From an uncultured Bacteroidales bacterium (GTDB taxonomy: Bacteria; Bacteroidota; Bacteroidia; Bacteroidales; SZUA-534), in the NCBI GenBank assembly GCA_965370965.1, contig CBDUWQ010000001.1:10388-74387 (forward strand): a stretch of 64,000 nt of DNA, in the 5' to 3' direction. The notes beneath the pieces are model-generated. The model worked only from the letters and a program-made list of their open reading frames with translations. It made no database searches and was not told the origin of the DNA. A program made the position numbers and the translations under genes. Positions 9,529-18,380 of the stretch are shown one piece after another. Position 1 is the first letter of the stretch. Each line of letters opens with the position of its first letter.

Positions 9529-9734
9529 TTACTACCAATTTAGTGGGTATATATTAAAACAATGAGAATAACACCACAATTCATTGTGGTGGTTTGAAAG
9601 AAATACCTTTATCGCCAAAGGCGATAAAGGCAGAGGTAAGGGTAAATAGTTTTTGTACAACACAATGTTAAAACATGGTGTTATCCTCATCTTAATTGTT
9701 AATATTTTTTTACCCACTAAGTTTGCAGTAGTAC
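9529..9734 (-). other. structured intergenic element with an outer long-range stem and three internal hairpins, one terminator-like; candidate leader, attenuator or sRNA
   Basis: Outer pairing is TTAGTGGGTA (9539-9548) with TACCCACTAA (9711-9720), plus TACTAC (~9530-9535) with GTAGTA (~9728-9733). Internal hairpins lie at 9572-9591, 9606-9630 (perfect 11-bp stem) and 9659-9682. On the minus strand the 11-bp hairpin is followed by UAUUUCUUUC. Confidence 0.4.
9595..9630 (-). terminator. intrinsic-terminator-like hairpin embedded in the element upstream of the SusA-like gene
   Basis: CCTTTATCGCC-TTT-GGCGATAAAGG is a perfect 11-bp stem, followed on the minus strand by TATTTCTTTC. Confidence 0.45.
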
Positions 9735-9787
9735 CATAATTTTTAACCGCAGACCTGCCTACCGTTAGGTAGGAAAAATATTTTAAT
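9734..9787 (-). repeat. degenerate, internally shortened copy of repeat family A
   Basis: Shares the blocks ccataa / acctgcct / a(c)cgttaggtagga / attttaat with the plus strand of the 18381-18466 copy. Confidence 0.45.
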
Positions 9788-9940
9788 CATTTCAGTACCT
9801 TACCAGTTTAAGTCGGGTTTACCTTAAGTTAGGCGTGTGTGTTAAATATTTTTATAATTTTCTTTTATTTATTGTGCTGTTTGTTCTGCCTGTTCGCCAG
9901 TCATACCAACAATAATACCCCAGTTTACAGTTTAATAAAT

Positions 9941-9968
9941 AAGCCCAATTCCAAATGGAATCAGGCTT
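9941..9968 (-). terminator. candidate terminator hairpin downstream of the GH13 lipoprotein gene
   Basis: AAGCC..AATTCC-AAAT-GGAATT..GGCTT nested hairpin ~45 nt after the stop at 10015. The minus-strand tail ATTTATT is a weak U-tract. Confidence 0.4.
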
Positions 9969-10014
9969 ATTAAACAGGCTAACAAACAACCAAAACCATA
10001 AATTAGCAGTTATA

Positions 10015-11388
10015 CTATTTTTTTACAAAAATAACATATCCCCAAGGGGATAGCTTAATACTGCTACCGTTATTAATAACGACATTAGCCTGATTGAACA
10101 AAGATATATAATTACCTTTAATATTATTACCTGCTAACGAAATAGTTTGTTTAATATCCGAAAAATTTAATACCACAATAATTTTATCATCTCCTTTTTT
10201 GCGAATAAAAGAGTAAACAACCTCAGGCTTGGTATTGTCAATTTTGCTAAAACTTCCGCCATAAGCGCCATTCCAAAGGGCTTTATTCTCTTTTTTAAGA
10301 TGCAAAAGTTTTGTGTAAAAACTGGTATAACCAAAATTACCCCACCCAATTGTATCTTTTTCAAAAAACTCCAGCTTTTTTGTTAGTTTGTTTTCCTGTC
10401 CGGAATAAATAAGAGGCATTCCAGGTACTGTTGCACTCAATACAGCCATAACCTCGGCAGCTTTTCCCATACGATCAAACACGGTTCCGTTCCATGAGTT
10501 TTCATCGTGGTTTGAGGTAAAGTTCATATAATAATCATCGGGACTATAAATTGTATCAATTTTTGCAAAATAAGCATCTAAATCGTCAATCACTTTTTTG
10601 CCCTGTGCTATTTCATTCATAATATGATGTAGCTCCCAACCGTAAACCATATCAAAAGCCTGCAAAATATCTTTCGATTCCCATTCGGCAAGCATAAAAA
10701 CAGGTTTAATTGCATCTAAGTGTATTCGTACATTAACCCAAAAATCGGCAGGCACCATACCAGCAACATCGCAGCGGTAGCCATCAATGTCAGCCTCTTT
10801 AACCCAGTATTCAAGACTCTGAATCATATATTCGCGCAAGTCGGGCATATCATAATTCAAATCTGCCACATCTGTCCAGTCTGTATTTGCCGGTACTATT
10901 TTATTCCCCAACGAATCTTTTGTGTACCAATCAGAGTGTTCGGTAATCAACCAATTATCCCAACCTGTATGGTTTGCAACCCAATCAATAATTACTTTCA
11001 TGTTTAATTCGTGTGCATAATTAACCATGTGCTTAAAGTCGTTTAAAGTACCAAAATCGGGATTTACTTTTTGGTAGTCTTGTACAGCATAGTAGCTTCC
11101 CATGGTTCCTTTTCGGTTTGTTTTACTGATGGGGTGTATGGGCATTATCCAAAGTATTTTTACTCCCATCTGTTTTAATCGGGGCATGTGTTTCTCAAAA
11201 GCTTTAAAACTCCCCTCGTGGGTATATTGCCTTATGTTTACCTCATAAATATTGGCATTTTTGCTCCATTCAACATGTGTGTATATTTTATCTGTTGCAT
11301 CTGCTTTAAGCTGTTTAGCATTTGGTGCGCATGAATATAAAGATACTAAAAGGGCAAGACCGATAATGTATAATTTATTTTTTTTCAT
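10015..11388 (-). CDS. GH13 alpha-amylase lipoprotein
   Basis: Lipobox LVSLYSC, then GH13 motifs DWVANHTG, GYRCDVAGMVP, LAEWE, FTSNHDENSW. Confidence 0.85.
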   Translation of the reverse strand: MKKNKLYIIGLALLVSLYSCAPNAKQLKADATDKIYTHVEWSKNANIYEVNIRQYTHEGSFKAFEKHMPRLKQMGVKILWIMPIHPISKTNRKGTMGSYYAVQDYQKVNPDFGTLNDFKHMVNYAHELNMKVIIDWVANHTGWDNWLITEHSDWYTKDSLGNKIVPANTDWTDVADLNYDMPDLREYMIQSLEYWVKEADIDGYRCDVAGMVPADFWVNVRIHLDAIKPVFMLAEWESKDILQAFDMVYGWELHHIMNEIAQGKKVIDDLDAYFAKIDTIYSPDDYYMNFTSNHDENSWNGTVFDRMGKAAEVMAVLSATVPGMPLIYSGQENKLTKKLEFFEKDTIGWGNFGYTSFYTKLLHLKKENKALWNGAYGGSFSKIDNTKPEVVYSFIRKKGDDKIIVVLNFSDIKQTISLAGNNIKGNYISLFNQANVVINNGSSIKLSPWGYVIFVKK

Positions 11389-11402
11389 ATCACTTCCACA
11401 TA

Positions 11403-13712
11403 TTAGATGTCAATCAATATTTTTTTATTGCCTAATAATTTATATTTTTTATCGAACACCACTAATTCAACATCTATATTGGCAAAGTTTTCAATCTCAA
11501 CTCTGTTTTTAAATGTATTAACCTTAATCAGGCTTCCGCGAAAACGAATCATAAATGAATAGCTATCCCATGGTTCAGGTATGCTAGGATTAAGGTAAAC
11601 TTTATTATTATAAATGCGCAAACCTCCAAAACCTTGAACTACCGACAGCCATGTTCCGGCCATTGATGTAATGTGCAAACCTTCGGCTACCTCGCTGTTA
11701 TAGTCATCAAGGTCTAAACGCGAAGTTCTCAAATACATTTCGTAGGCCTTATCTGTTTTTTTAAGTTTTGCGGCAATAATACTATGCACGCATGGCGAAA
11801 GCGATGATTCATGTACCGTGCGGGCTTCATAAAAATCAAAATTACGTTTAATGGTATCTAAATCATAATTTTCTTCAAACAGATAAATTCCCTGCAAAGT
11901 GTCGGCTTGCTTAATAAAACACGAGCGTAAAATCCTATCCCACGACCATTTTTGGTTTATGGGTCTATGTTTATTATCAAGGTCGGCAACTAGAACCTGC
12001 TCTTTATTTAAATAGTTATCCTGTTGCAAAAATATGCCAAGCTCTTTGTTTTCAGGATAGTGCATATTCTTCGATATCTCATTCCATTTATCTGTTTCAC
12101 TTTTTTCGTTAAAATTTATTTTTTTAATCAAAGTATCGTATTTTTCAGATGCTGCTTTTTTAACGTAACCTACACATTCGCATGTATAGTCTAAGCACCA
12201 ACAAGCAAGCATATTTGTGTACCAGTTATTGTCAACGTTATTTTCATATTCGTTAGGGCCTGTAACACCTAAAATAACATATTTATTGTACTGTTTTGAG
12301 TATGTTATGCGTTGACTCCAAAAACGCGAAATAGCAATTAACACCTCAAGGCCATAGTCCTTAATATATTTTTTATCGTTTGTATAACGAACGTAATTAT
12401 ATATTGCATAAGCAATTGCCCCGTTTCGGTGAATCTCTTCAAATGTAATTTCCCATTCGTTATGGCACTCTTCGCCATTCATTGTAACCATGGGAAAAAG
12501 GGCTGCACCATTGTAAAAGCCAAGTTTTTTTGCATTTTCAATAGCTTTATCCAATTGCTTATATCTGTAAAGCAATAAATTGCGAGCTACATGTTTATCG
12601 GCAGTAGCAAGATAAAATGGCAGACAATAGGCTTCGGTGTCCCAATAGGTACTGCCTCCGTACTTTTCGCCCGTAAATCCTTTGGGACCGATATTAAGGC
12701 GTTCGTCTTCGCCGGTATATGTTTGGTTAAGCTGAAATATACTAAAGCGTATAGCCTGTTGTGCAGCTATATCATCTTCAATGGCAATATCGCTCTCTGC
12801 CCACTTTGCAGCCCATGCCTGTTTTTGCTCCTCAAGCATGGTATTAAAATGCTTATCCAAAGCTTTGTTTAACTCTTTTTTCGAAACTTCCTCTAATCTG
12901 TTTGCAGGATGGTTAAAAGAAGATACATTGGCGGCAAATTTGTAAATAACCAATTCATCGCCCTTTTTTACATCAACTTCAACTTTGCTTTCGGCGTATT
13001 TTTCACTAAATGATGCCAATGGGCTAAGCTCTATTTTTTTGCCGTTTTTCCAAACCTCATAACGCATTGCTGTTGTTACAACAAACCCTGTTTTTTTTGT
13101 TTTTACTGTTACAAAAGCGTCATAGCCTGATGCATATTGCGAAACACTTTCCCAAAATTTTTCATCGTAATTCGAGTCTGTATTAACAACATCGGCATCA
13201 ATATATGGGGTTATTGATATTTTACCATTAAAATCGATAGCTTTAACAGAGTATTTTATGACACCCAAATTATTATCAACAATACTTAAAAAGCGTTGTA
13301 CATTTACCTTTACAGTATTGTTATTTGATAGTTTTGCAACAAATGAGCGGGTTAAATGCCCTTGGTGCATATTTAAAATGCGTACAAAATCTGATACTTC
13401 AGAATTGTTTAAATCCAGTTCAATATCATTTACATGTATATTTATACCTATCCAGTTTGTGGCATTTAATACCTTTGCAAAGTATTCGGGATAACCATTT
13501 TTCCACCATCCAACTTTGGTTTTATCAGGGTAATAAACACCCGCAATGTAGTTTCCCTGTAAAGTATTGCCCGAGTATTTCTCTTCAAAATTGGCTCGTT
13601 GCCCCATCCTTCCGTTCCCAATACTAAAAATACTCTCTGAAGTGGTTACATTTTCACGCACAAACCCCTCCTCAATAATATTCCATTTATCAAGCTTTAA
13701 GTACTTCTTCAT
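11403..13712 (-). CDS. GH65 glycoside phosphorylase, most likely maltose phosphorylase
   Basis: 769 aa with the GH65 N-terminus ESIFSIGNGRMGQRANFEE and catalytic region, directly downstream of pgmB in one operon. That pairing is the classical maltose phosphorylase / beta-PGM arrangement. Confidence 0.85.
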   Translation of the reverse strand: MKKYLKLDKWNIIEEGFVRENVTTSESIFSIGNGRMGQRANFEEKYSGNTLQGNYIAGVYYPDKTKVGWWKNGYPEYFAKVLNATNWIGINIHVNDIELDLNNSEVSDFVRILNMHQGHLTRSFVAKLSNNNTVKVNVQRFLSIVDNNLGVIKYSVKAIDFNGKISITPYIDADVVNTDSNYDEKFWESVSQYASGYDAFVTVKTKKTGFVVTTAMRYEVWKNGKKIELSPLASFSEKYAESKVEVDVKKGDELVIYKFAANVSSFNHPANRLEEVSKKELNKALDKHFNTMLEEQKQAWAAKWAESDIAIEDDIAAQQAIRFSIFQLNQTYTGEDERLNIGPKGFTGEKYGGSTYWDTEAYCLPFYLATADKHVARNLLLYRYKQLDKAIENAKKLGFYNGAALFPMVTMNGEECHNEWEITFEEIHRNGAIAYAIYNYVRYTNDKKYIKDYGLEVLIAISRFWSQRITYSKQYNKYVILGVTGPNEYENNVDNNWYTNMLACWCLDYTCECVGYVKKAASEKYDTLIKKINFNEKSETDKWNEISKNMHYPENKELGIFLQQDNYLNKEQVLVADLDNKHRPINQKWSWDRILRSCFIKQADTLQGIYLFEENYDLDTIKRNFDFYEARTVHESSLSPCVHSIIAAKLKKTDKAYEMYLRTSRLDLDDYNSEVAEGLHITSMAGTWLSVVQGFGGLRIYNNKVYLNPSIPEPWDSYSFMIRFRGSLIKVNTFKNRVEIENFANIDVELVVFDKKYKLLGNKKILIDI

Positions 13713-13795
13713 CTGTTTAAAATTTCATAATTAGCTGATAATGTAACACATTGAAAATATTGCATGCTTGTTTCGTAATTAGTCTTTGCAAAAAA

Positions 13796-13840
13796 CGCCA
13801 CCCTTCCCCGAAATAATCGAGGTAAACTGTGATGTTTTCA
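13796..13840 (+). repeat. repeat family B copy
   Basis: Gapless 35/45 match to 52655-52699 (cgccacccttccccgaaataatcgaggtaaactgtgatgttttca vs cgttaccctcctctgaaatactcggggcaaactgtgagggtttca). A left extension, tgcatgcttgtttcgtaa at 13761-13778, matches 6346-6362. Confidence 0.5.
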
Positions 13841-13949
13841 TTTTTGCAATTTCTCGAAATCAGTATAATCACATTATCATTTTTTAAGTCTTTTTTGCGC
13901 TATAACTCAAATCATGATAAAAAGTAAAAAACTGTATCTCTAATACCGG

Positions 13950-14597
13950 TTAAACCGATAATTTCATTTTTTCAATATTCATTTCATATAACCCTGGTAT
14001 TACTTTATGTGCTTTTCCCAACACGTCGGAAGTGCCAATACCTATGCAATACATTCCTGCATTTAAAGCAGCTTCAACTCCGGCCTCGGCATCTTCAAAA
14101 ACAATACAATTTTCAGGGTTAGTTTTTAAGCCCTTTGCTGCAAGCAAAAACACCTCAGGGTCGGGCTTGGTTTTTACTGTTTTGGTTCCATCAATTATAA
14201 TATCGAACCACTCGGTTATGTTAAGTATTTTAAGAATAGATACTGCATTTTTACTTGCCGAACCCAGAGCTATTTTATATCCCGATTTTTTTAATTCCTT
14301 AAATAAGCTAAGTACACCCGGCAGTATTTCATCGGGGGTCATTTTTGCTATAAACTCTTTGTACCAGCCGTTTTTTTTATCGGCATATGCCAATTTATCT
14401 TTTTCGTTTAATTCTATATCGCCTATTTTAAGAATAATGTTTATTGAGTCCATACGGCTTACCCCTTTAAGACGCTCGTTGTCTTTCTCGGTAAAATCAA
14501 AACCTAACTCTTTGGTAAGACGTTTCCATGCCAAAAAGTGATACTTTGCTGTATCAACAACAACTCCATCCAAATCAAATATGCAAGCAGTAATCAT
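13950..14597 (-). CDS. pgmB: beta-phosphoglucomutase
   Basis: HAD motif I FDLDGVVVDT, and KGVSRMDS, GSASKN, FEDAEAGVEAA as in PgmB. Confidence 0.9.
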   Translation of the reverse strand: MITACIFDLDGVVVDTAKYHFLAWKRLTKELGFDFTEKDNERLKGVSRMDSINIILKIGDIELNEKDKLAYADKKNGWYKEFIAKMTPDEILPGVLSLFKELKKSGYKIALGSASKNAVSILKILNITEWFDIIIDGTKTVKTKPDPEVFLLAAKGLKTNPENCIVFEDAEAGVEAALNAGMYCIGIGTSDVLGKAHKVIPGLYEMNIEKMKLSV

Positions 14598-14605
14598 ATC
14601 TTTTA

Positions 14606-16105
14606 TTAGTTTTTATCGTCAACAAATTGAGTAACAATGGCTGCTATAAACATTGAAAAACCACCTAATATTAAGGCAAATATTGCATTTCCGTCAAAAA
14701 TATTTTTCACTAAAAATCCGAGAATACTTGCAGCCAATATTTGAGGAATTACAATAAAAAAATTAAATATACCCATGTAAACCCCCATTTTGTTTGATGG
14801 TAATGCGCCTGTTAGCATTGCATATGGCATTGATAAAATACTGGCCCATGCTATTCCAATTCCAATTTCTGCAATCCAAAGCAGTTGTGGGTCTTTAATA
14901 AAATAAAAAAGCAATAAGCCTACACCGCCAAGCGACAAATTAATTGAATGAGCCGTTTTGCGCGAGGTTTTGCGTGCAACAATAACAATTAAAAATGCTG
15001 ATAGTGCGGCAACGCCATTGTAAATAGCAAACAAAATACCTACCCAGTCGGCACCATTATTATAGGCTGCTGAAGTAGTGTCAGTTGTTCCATAATGAAA
15101 AGTTGTAATTGCTGAGGTTGAATAAATCCACATTGCGAAAAGGGCAAACCACGAAAAGAACTGAACAATAGCTAATTGCCCCATTGTTTTGGGCATATTA
15201 AACATATCGTCAATAATCTCATAAAAACCATTCTTTGTTCTGTTGATCTTTTGTAAATAGCCGGTTAAATACTGTATTAATCCAAAAATAATACTACCTA
15301 CCCCACCAATAAAAAGCTCTTTTGCAAGACCATTATATAAAATAAGCCATGTAAAAATTGCACCTCCAAGAATCCAAAAGCTGCCATTTCTTATATATTT
15401 AATATCTCTTTTCTTATTATCTTCTTTACCTGCTTCAAGTTTTTCTTGCTTTTCGGCTTTTTCAAATATTTCCAGTTCCTCCGGCGAATACTCTTTGGTT
15501 GAGAAAACCGTCCAAAGTACTGTTAGCAGAAATATCAAACCTCCAATATAGAATGAAAACTTTACTGAATCGGGTATTTCTCCTGCAGCAGCAGTATTAT
15601 CAATATTAAACCAGTTTGTCATCATCCATGGTAGTGAAGATGCCACCACGGCTCCGGTTCCAATAAAAAAGCTTTGCATTGCAAAACCTGATGTGCGCTG
15701 TTCATTAGGCAACATATCGCCCACAAAAGCCCTAAATGGCTCCATTGATACATTTATTGAGGCATCCATAATCCATAACATACCGGCAGCCATCCATAAA
15801 ACAGGCGAGTTGGGCATAACTAATAATGCAAGTGAAGCTAATATTGCTCCAACAAGAAAAAATGGTCTGCGTCGCCCAAGTCTGTTCCATGTTTTATCAC
15901 TTAAATACCCAATTATTGGTTGAATAATTAACCCGGTTACAGGTGCTGCAATCCATAAAATTGGAATATCTTCAATATTAGCACCAAGAGTTTCAAATAT
16001 TCGACTAACATTAGCATTTTGTAATCCAAAACCAAACTGAATTCCGAGAAAACCGAAACTCATATTCCAAATTTGCCAAAAACTTAACTTTGGTTGTTTT
16101 TCCAT
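14606..16105 (-). CDS. MFS/GPH-type sugar:cation symporter (putative maltose/maltodextrin transporter)
   Basis: Twelve-TM pattern with the SLC45/sucrose-symporter-like motif SDKTWNRLGRRRPF. It is the first gene of the pgmB-GH65-GH13 operon. Confidence 0.8.
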   Translation of the reverse strand: MEKQPKLSFWQIWNMSFGFLGIQFGFGLQNANVSRIFETLGANIEDIPILWIAAPVTGLIIQPIIGYLSDKTWNRLGRRRPFFLVGAILASLALLVMPNSPVLWMAAGMLWIMDASINVSMEPFRAFVGDMLPNEQRTSGFAMQSFFIGTGAVVASSLPWMMTNWFNIDNTAAAGEIPDSVKFSFYIGGLIFLLTVLWTVFSTKEYSPEELEIFEKAEKQEKLEAGKEDNKKRDIKYIRNGSFWILGGAIFTWLILYNGLAKELFIGGVGSIIFGLIQYLTGYLQKINRTKNGFYEIIDDMFNMPKTMGQLAIVQFFSWFALFAMWIYSTSAITTFHYGTTDTTSAAYNNGADWVGILFAIYNGVAALSAFLIVIVARKTSRKTAHSINLSLGGVGLLLFYFIKDPQLLWIAEIGIGIAWASILSMPYAMLTGALPSNKMGVYMGIFNFFIVIPQILAASILGFLVKNIFDGNAIFALILGGFSMFIAAIVTQFVDDKN

Positions 16106-16250
16106 CCGATTAAAATTTAATTACCACAGAAAATACACTAAACATATAGTGTTTTTTTATCTATAAGGCAATTTAATTTATTATAAATAATTGATTTAAC
16201 ATGATAAATCAGGTGCGCTATATCAAATCATGTTTAAAAGAAAGGCGATG

Positions 16251-16258
16251 CAAATTTA
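16251..16258 (-). promoter_or_regulatory. candidate -7 box (TAAATTTG) for the MFS-pgmB-GH65-GH13 operon
   Basis: The minus strand matches TAnnTTTG, 145 nt upstream of the ATG at 16105. Confidence 0.35.
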
Positions 16259-16328
16259 AGCTAAAAAAAAGCTTTAACACAAAATAATGTTAACCAAATA
16301 CTAAAAATACCTTGCAAATGATTATCTA

Positions 16329-16342
16329 AAACGATTGCGGAA
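16329..16342. promoter_or_regulatory. candidate LacI-family operator (AAACGATTGCGGAA)
   Basis: CG-centred AAnCGnTTnC core. It matches 13/14 with AAACGGTTGCGGAA in the susC promoter region (18580-18593). Confidence 0.4.
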
Positions 16343-16429
16343 GCTATGTTATTTTTGGTTTTGTTTGATAGAAGAAATAATTAAGTGCTGCATTAATTGC
16401 TGCCAAGCATCAACTGACTATGCTGTTAA

Positions 16430-17274
16430 TTAATCGGTTTTTTTAATCTCAGTATTATTTGCAAGTCCAATATTCTTAGCATTCTTAGAAGAAATAATTG
16501 ATTTTCCTGTTTGCTTTTCAATTTCTAATCGTGCTTTTTTTGCAGCATTACCTCCCTTTTTAGCAACATCTTTATTTTCGGTTAAACTCTGTGGCTTTTT
16601 TACTTTCGAGATCTCTGTTGTAGAAGCTTCTGCTAACATATTCAAAACCAACTCTAAATTGGTCATATTGTCTCGTAAATTTTCTTTTTAAGTCCTTTAA
16701 AAATTTTGTATGCTTTCACATTCCTATCTGCCCATGCTTTTGTTATTTTGTTTGTTAATATTGCATACTCCAATCCTTCTTTCATTCCTTGCATATCTCA
16801 TTCATCTGTAAGTTCTTTTTTTACCTCAATGCTTTTTAATCGCTGATTTACCCATTGCTTAGAATATCCTTTTTTAAGATAAGTTCTCATTGCCCTGTCA
16901 AACACTTTTTCAGGATTTTCTGTTTCTTCAATTCTTTCATATCCAATTTTAGCTAACCATACTTTAAATGGTTCTGCATTAGGAGATGGAATTGATTGAA
17001 TTAATCTCAATAACTGCTCAGTATCAGTAACATCTGTTTTATAAAATTTCCCATCCGATGATGGCATTTTGAGTTGACTACAATTTGTAGTCAACTCACT
17101 TCCTTCTTTTTTAAGTCTGTTTTTTAATACACTTCAATATTTTCTTGGATTTGGACTTCCTGTCAATATACCAACAATATCTATTATTGAAAAATACCAT
17201 TGCTCTTGTTCTTTATCCCAATGAACTCGTACTCTTTTATCTTGAAATAATTTTATTACATTTTCTTTTGTCAT
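16430..17274 (-). pseudogene. DinD-like (DNA-damage-inducible protein D family) pseudogene with two in-frame TGA codons and one frameshift
   Basis: From the ATG at 17274 the reading is MTKENVIKLFQDKRVRVHWD..GSPNPRKY-TGA(17136-17134)-SVLKNRLKKEGSE..MPSSDGKFYKTD..IQSIPSPNAEPFKVWLAKIGYERIEE..ELTDE-TGA(16800-16798)-DMQGMKEGLEYAILTNKITKAW..GLKK. A 1-nt frame change in the A-run near 16684-16690 is then needed to continue ENLRDNMTNLELVLNMLAE... Confidence 0.7.
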
Positions 17275-17286
17275 AGTTCTTTATTT

Positions 17287-18306
17287 TCAAAAACCTGTAG
17301 ATTCACGCTTAATTAAATTAGTTGATATTACCTTTGTTACAGGCGAGTAGTTGTCAATAGTTTTATTAATTCTATCTAACAATAGTTTAGCAGCTTGCTT
17401 ACCCATTTCAAAACCATGCTGGTCTATTGTAGTTAATGTTGGGTCGGTAACATTTGCAACAAAGCCATCGCTAAAACCTACAACCTTAATATCTTTTGGC
17501 ACAATATAGCCATGTTTTTTTACGGCTTTTAACACACCCGAGGCTGTTAGGTCGTTTACTGCAAAAACACCGTCGGGCTTAATGCCCGAATCAAAAATAT
17601 TTTGCATCACTTTAAGTGCTTCATCTCTGCTGTCACATTTCACAATAAGGCTTTCGTCAACAGGAATATTGTATTTTTGCAAAGCCTTTATATAGCCCTC
17701 TTTTCTGCGTTGTCCAATAATAAGGTTCATGGGCGCCGAAAGGTGCACGATTTTTTTACAACCCTCCTGAATTAAATGTTCAGTAATAGTAAATGCGCCT
17801 TTTACATCATCAATTATTACTTTGTCTGTATTTATTTCCTGAATGGCACGGTCAAAGAAAACAAGTGGCAAGTTGTTTTCAAGCAACTCCTTAAAATGGG
17901 TAAAATCGGTAGTGTTTTTTGATACCGATGCAAGAATGCCATCAACCCTACTTGAGGCAAGTGTTTGGATACTTGTTATTTCGCGTTCCTCATTTTCATT
18001 GCTTTGGCAAATCATTACATTATAGCCTGCATTATTACATACATGCTCAATGCCGCTTATTACCGACGAGAAAAAAAAGTGTACTATATTTGGAATTACT
18101 ACACCAATCATATGTGTTTTGCTACTCCTGAGCGAAAGTGCTACGGCATTGGGCTTATAATTATACTTTTTAGCCAAGTTGTGTACTGCCTCCTTGGTTT
18201 TTGTACTTAGGTCGGGGTGGTTTTTTAATGCCCTTGATACGGTAGATGGTGAAATGCCCAATTCGCGGGCAATATCTTTAATGGTAATAGGTCCTTTTTT
18301 ATCCAT
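17287..18306 (-). CDS. LacI-family transcriptional regulator (probable starch/maltose locus regulator)
   Basis: N-terminal HTH ITIKDIARELGISPSTVSRALKNHP plus a periplasmic-binding-fold sugar sensor domain. It is divergent from susC. Confidence 0.9.
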   Translation of the reverse strand: MDKKGPITIKDIARELGISPSTVSRALKNHPDLSTKTKEAVHNLAKKYNYKPNAVALSLRSSKTHMIGVVIPNIVHFFFSSVISGIEHVCNNAGYNVMICQSNENEEREITSIQTLASSRVDGILASVSKNTTDFTHFKELLENNLPLVFFDRAIQEINTDKVIIDDVKGAFTITEHLIQEGCKKIVHLSAPMNLIIGQRRKEGYIKALQKYNIPVDESLIVKCDSRDEALKVMQNIFDSGIKPDGVFAVNDLTASGVLKAVKKHGYIVPKDIKVVGFSDGFVANVTDPTLTTIDQHGFEMGKQAAKLLLDRINKTIDNYSPVTKVISTNLIKRESTGF

Positions 18307-18324
18307 AATAATGGGTTGTTGTTA

Positions 18325-18332
18325 CAAATTTA
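18325..18332 (-). promoter_or_regulatory. candidate -7 box (TAAATTTG) for the LacI-family gene
   Basis: The minus strand matches TAnnTTTG, 18 nt upstream of the ATG at 18306. Confidence 0.4.
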
Positions 18333-18380
18333 ACATTTTAAGGGAAATAAATTGAATCTATTTTGAAAATATTGTATAAC

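Noticed and set aside
9532-9717. 61-aa minus-strand ORF (GTG start) in the GH13-GH13 spacer
   Set aside because: It lies entirely within nested perfect palindromes, and its proline/leucine run comes from translating the hairpin arms. It is better explained as a structured non-coding element.
16798-17136. The idea that in-frame TGA codons at Trp positions indicate UGA=Trp recoding (genetic code 4-like)
   Set aside because: Every other gene in the window is intact under the standard code, encodes Trp with TGG, and has no internal TGA. The same gene also carries a frameshift. Ordinary pseudogenisation by TGG>TGA transitions is sufficient.
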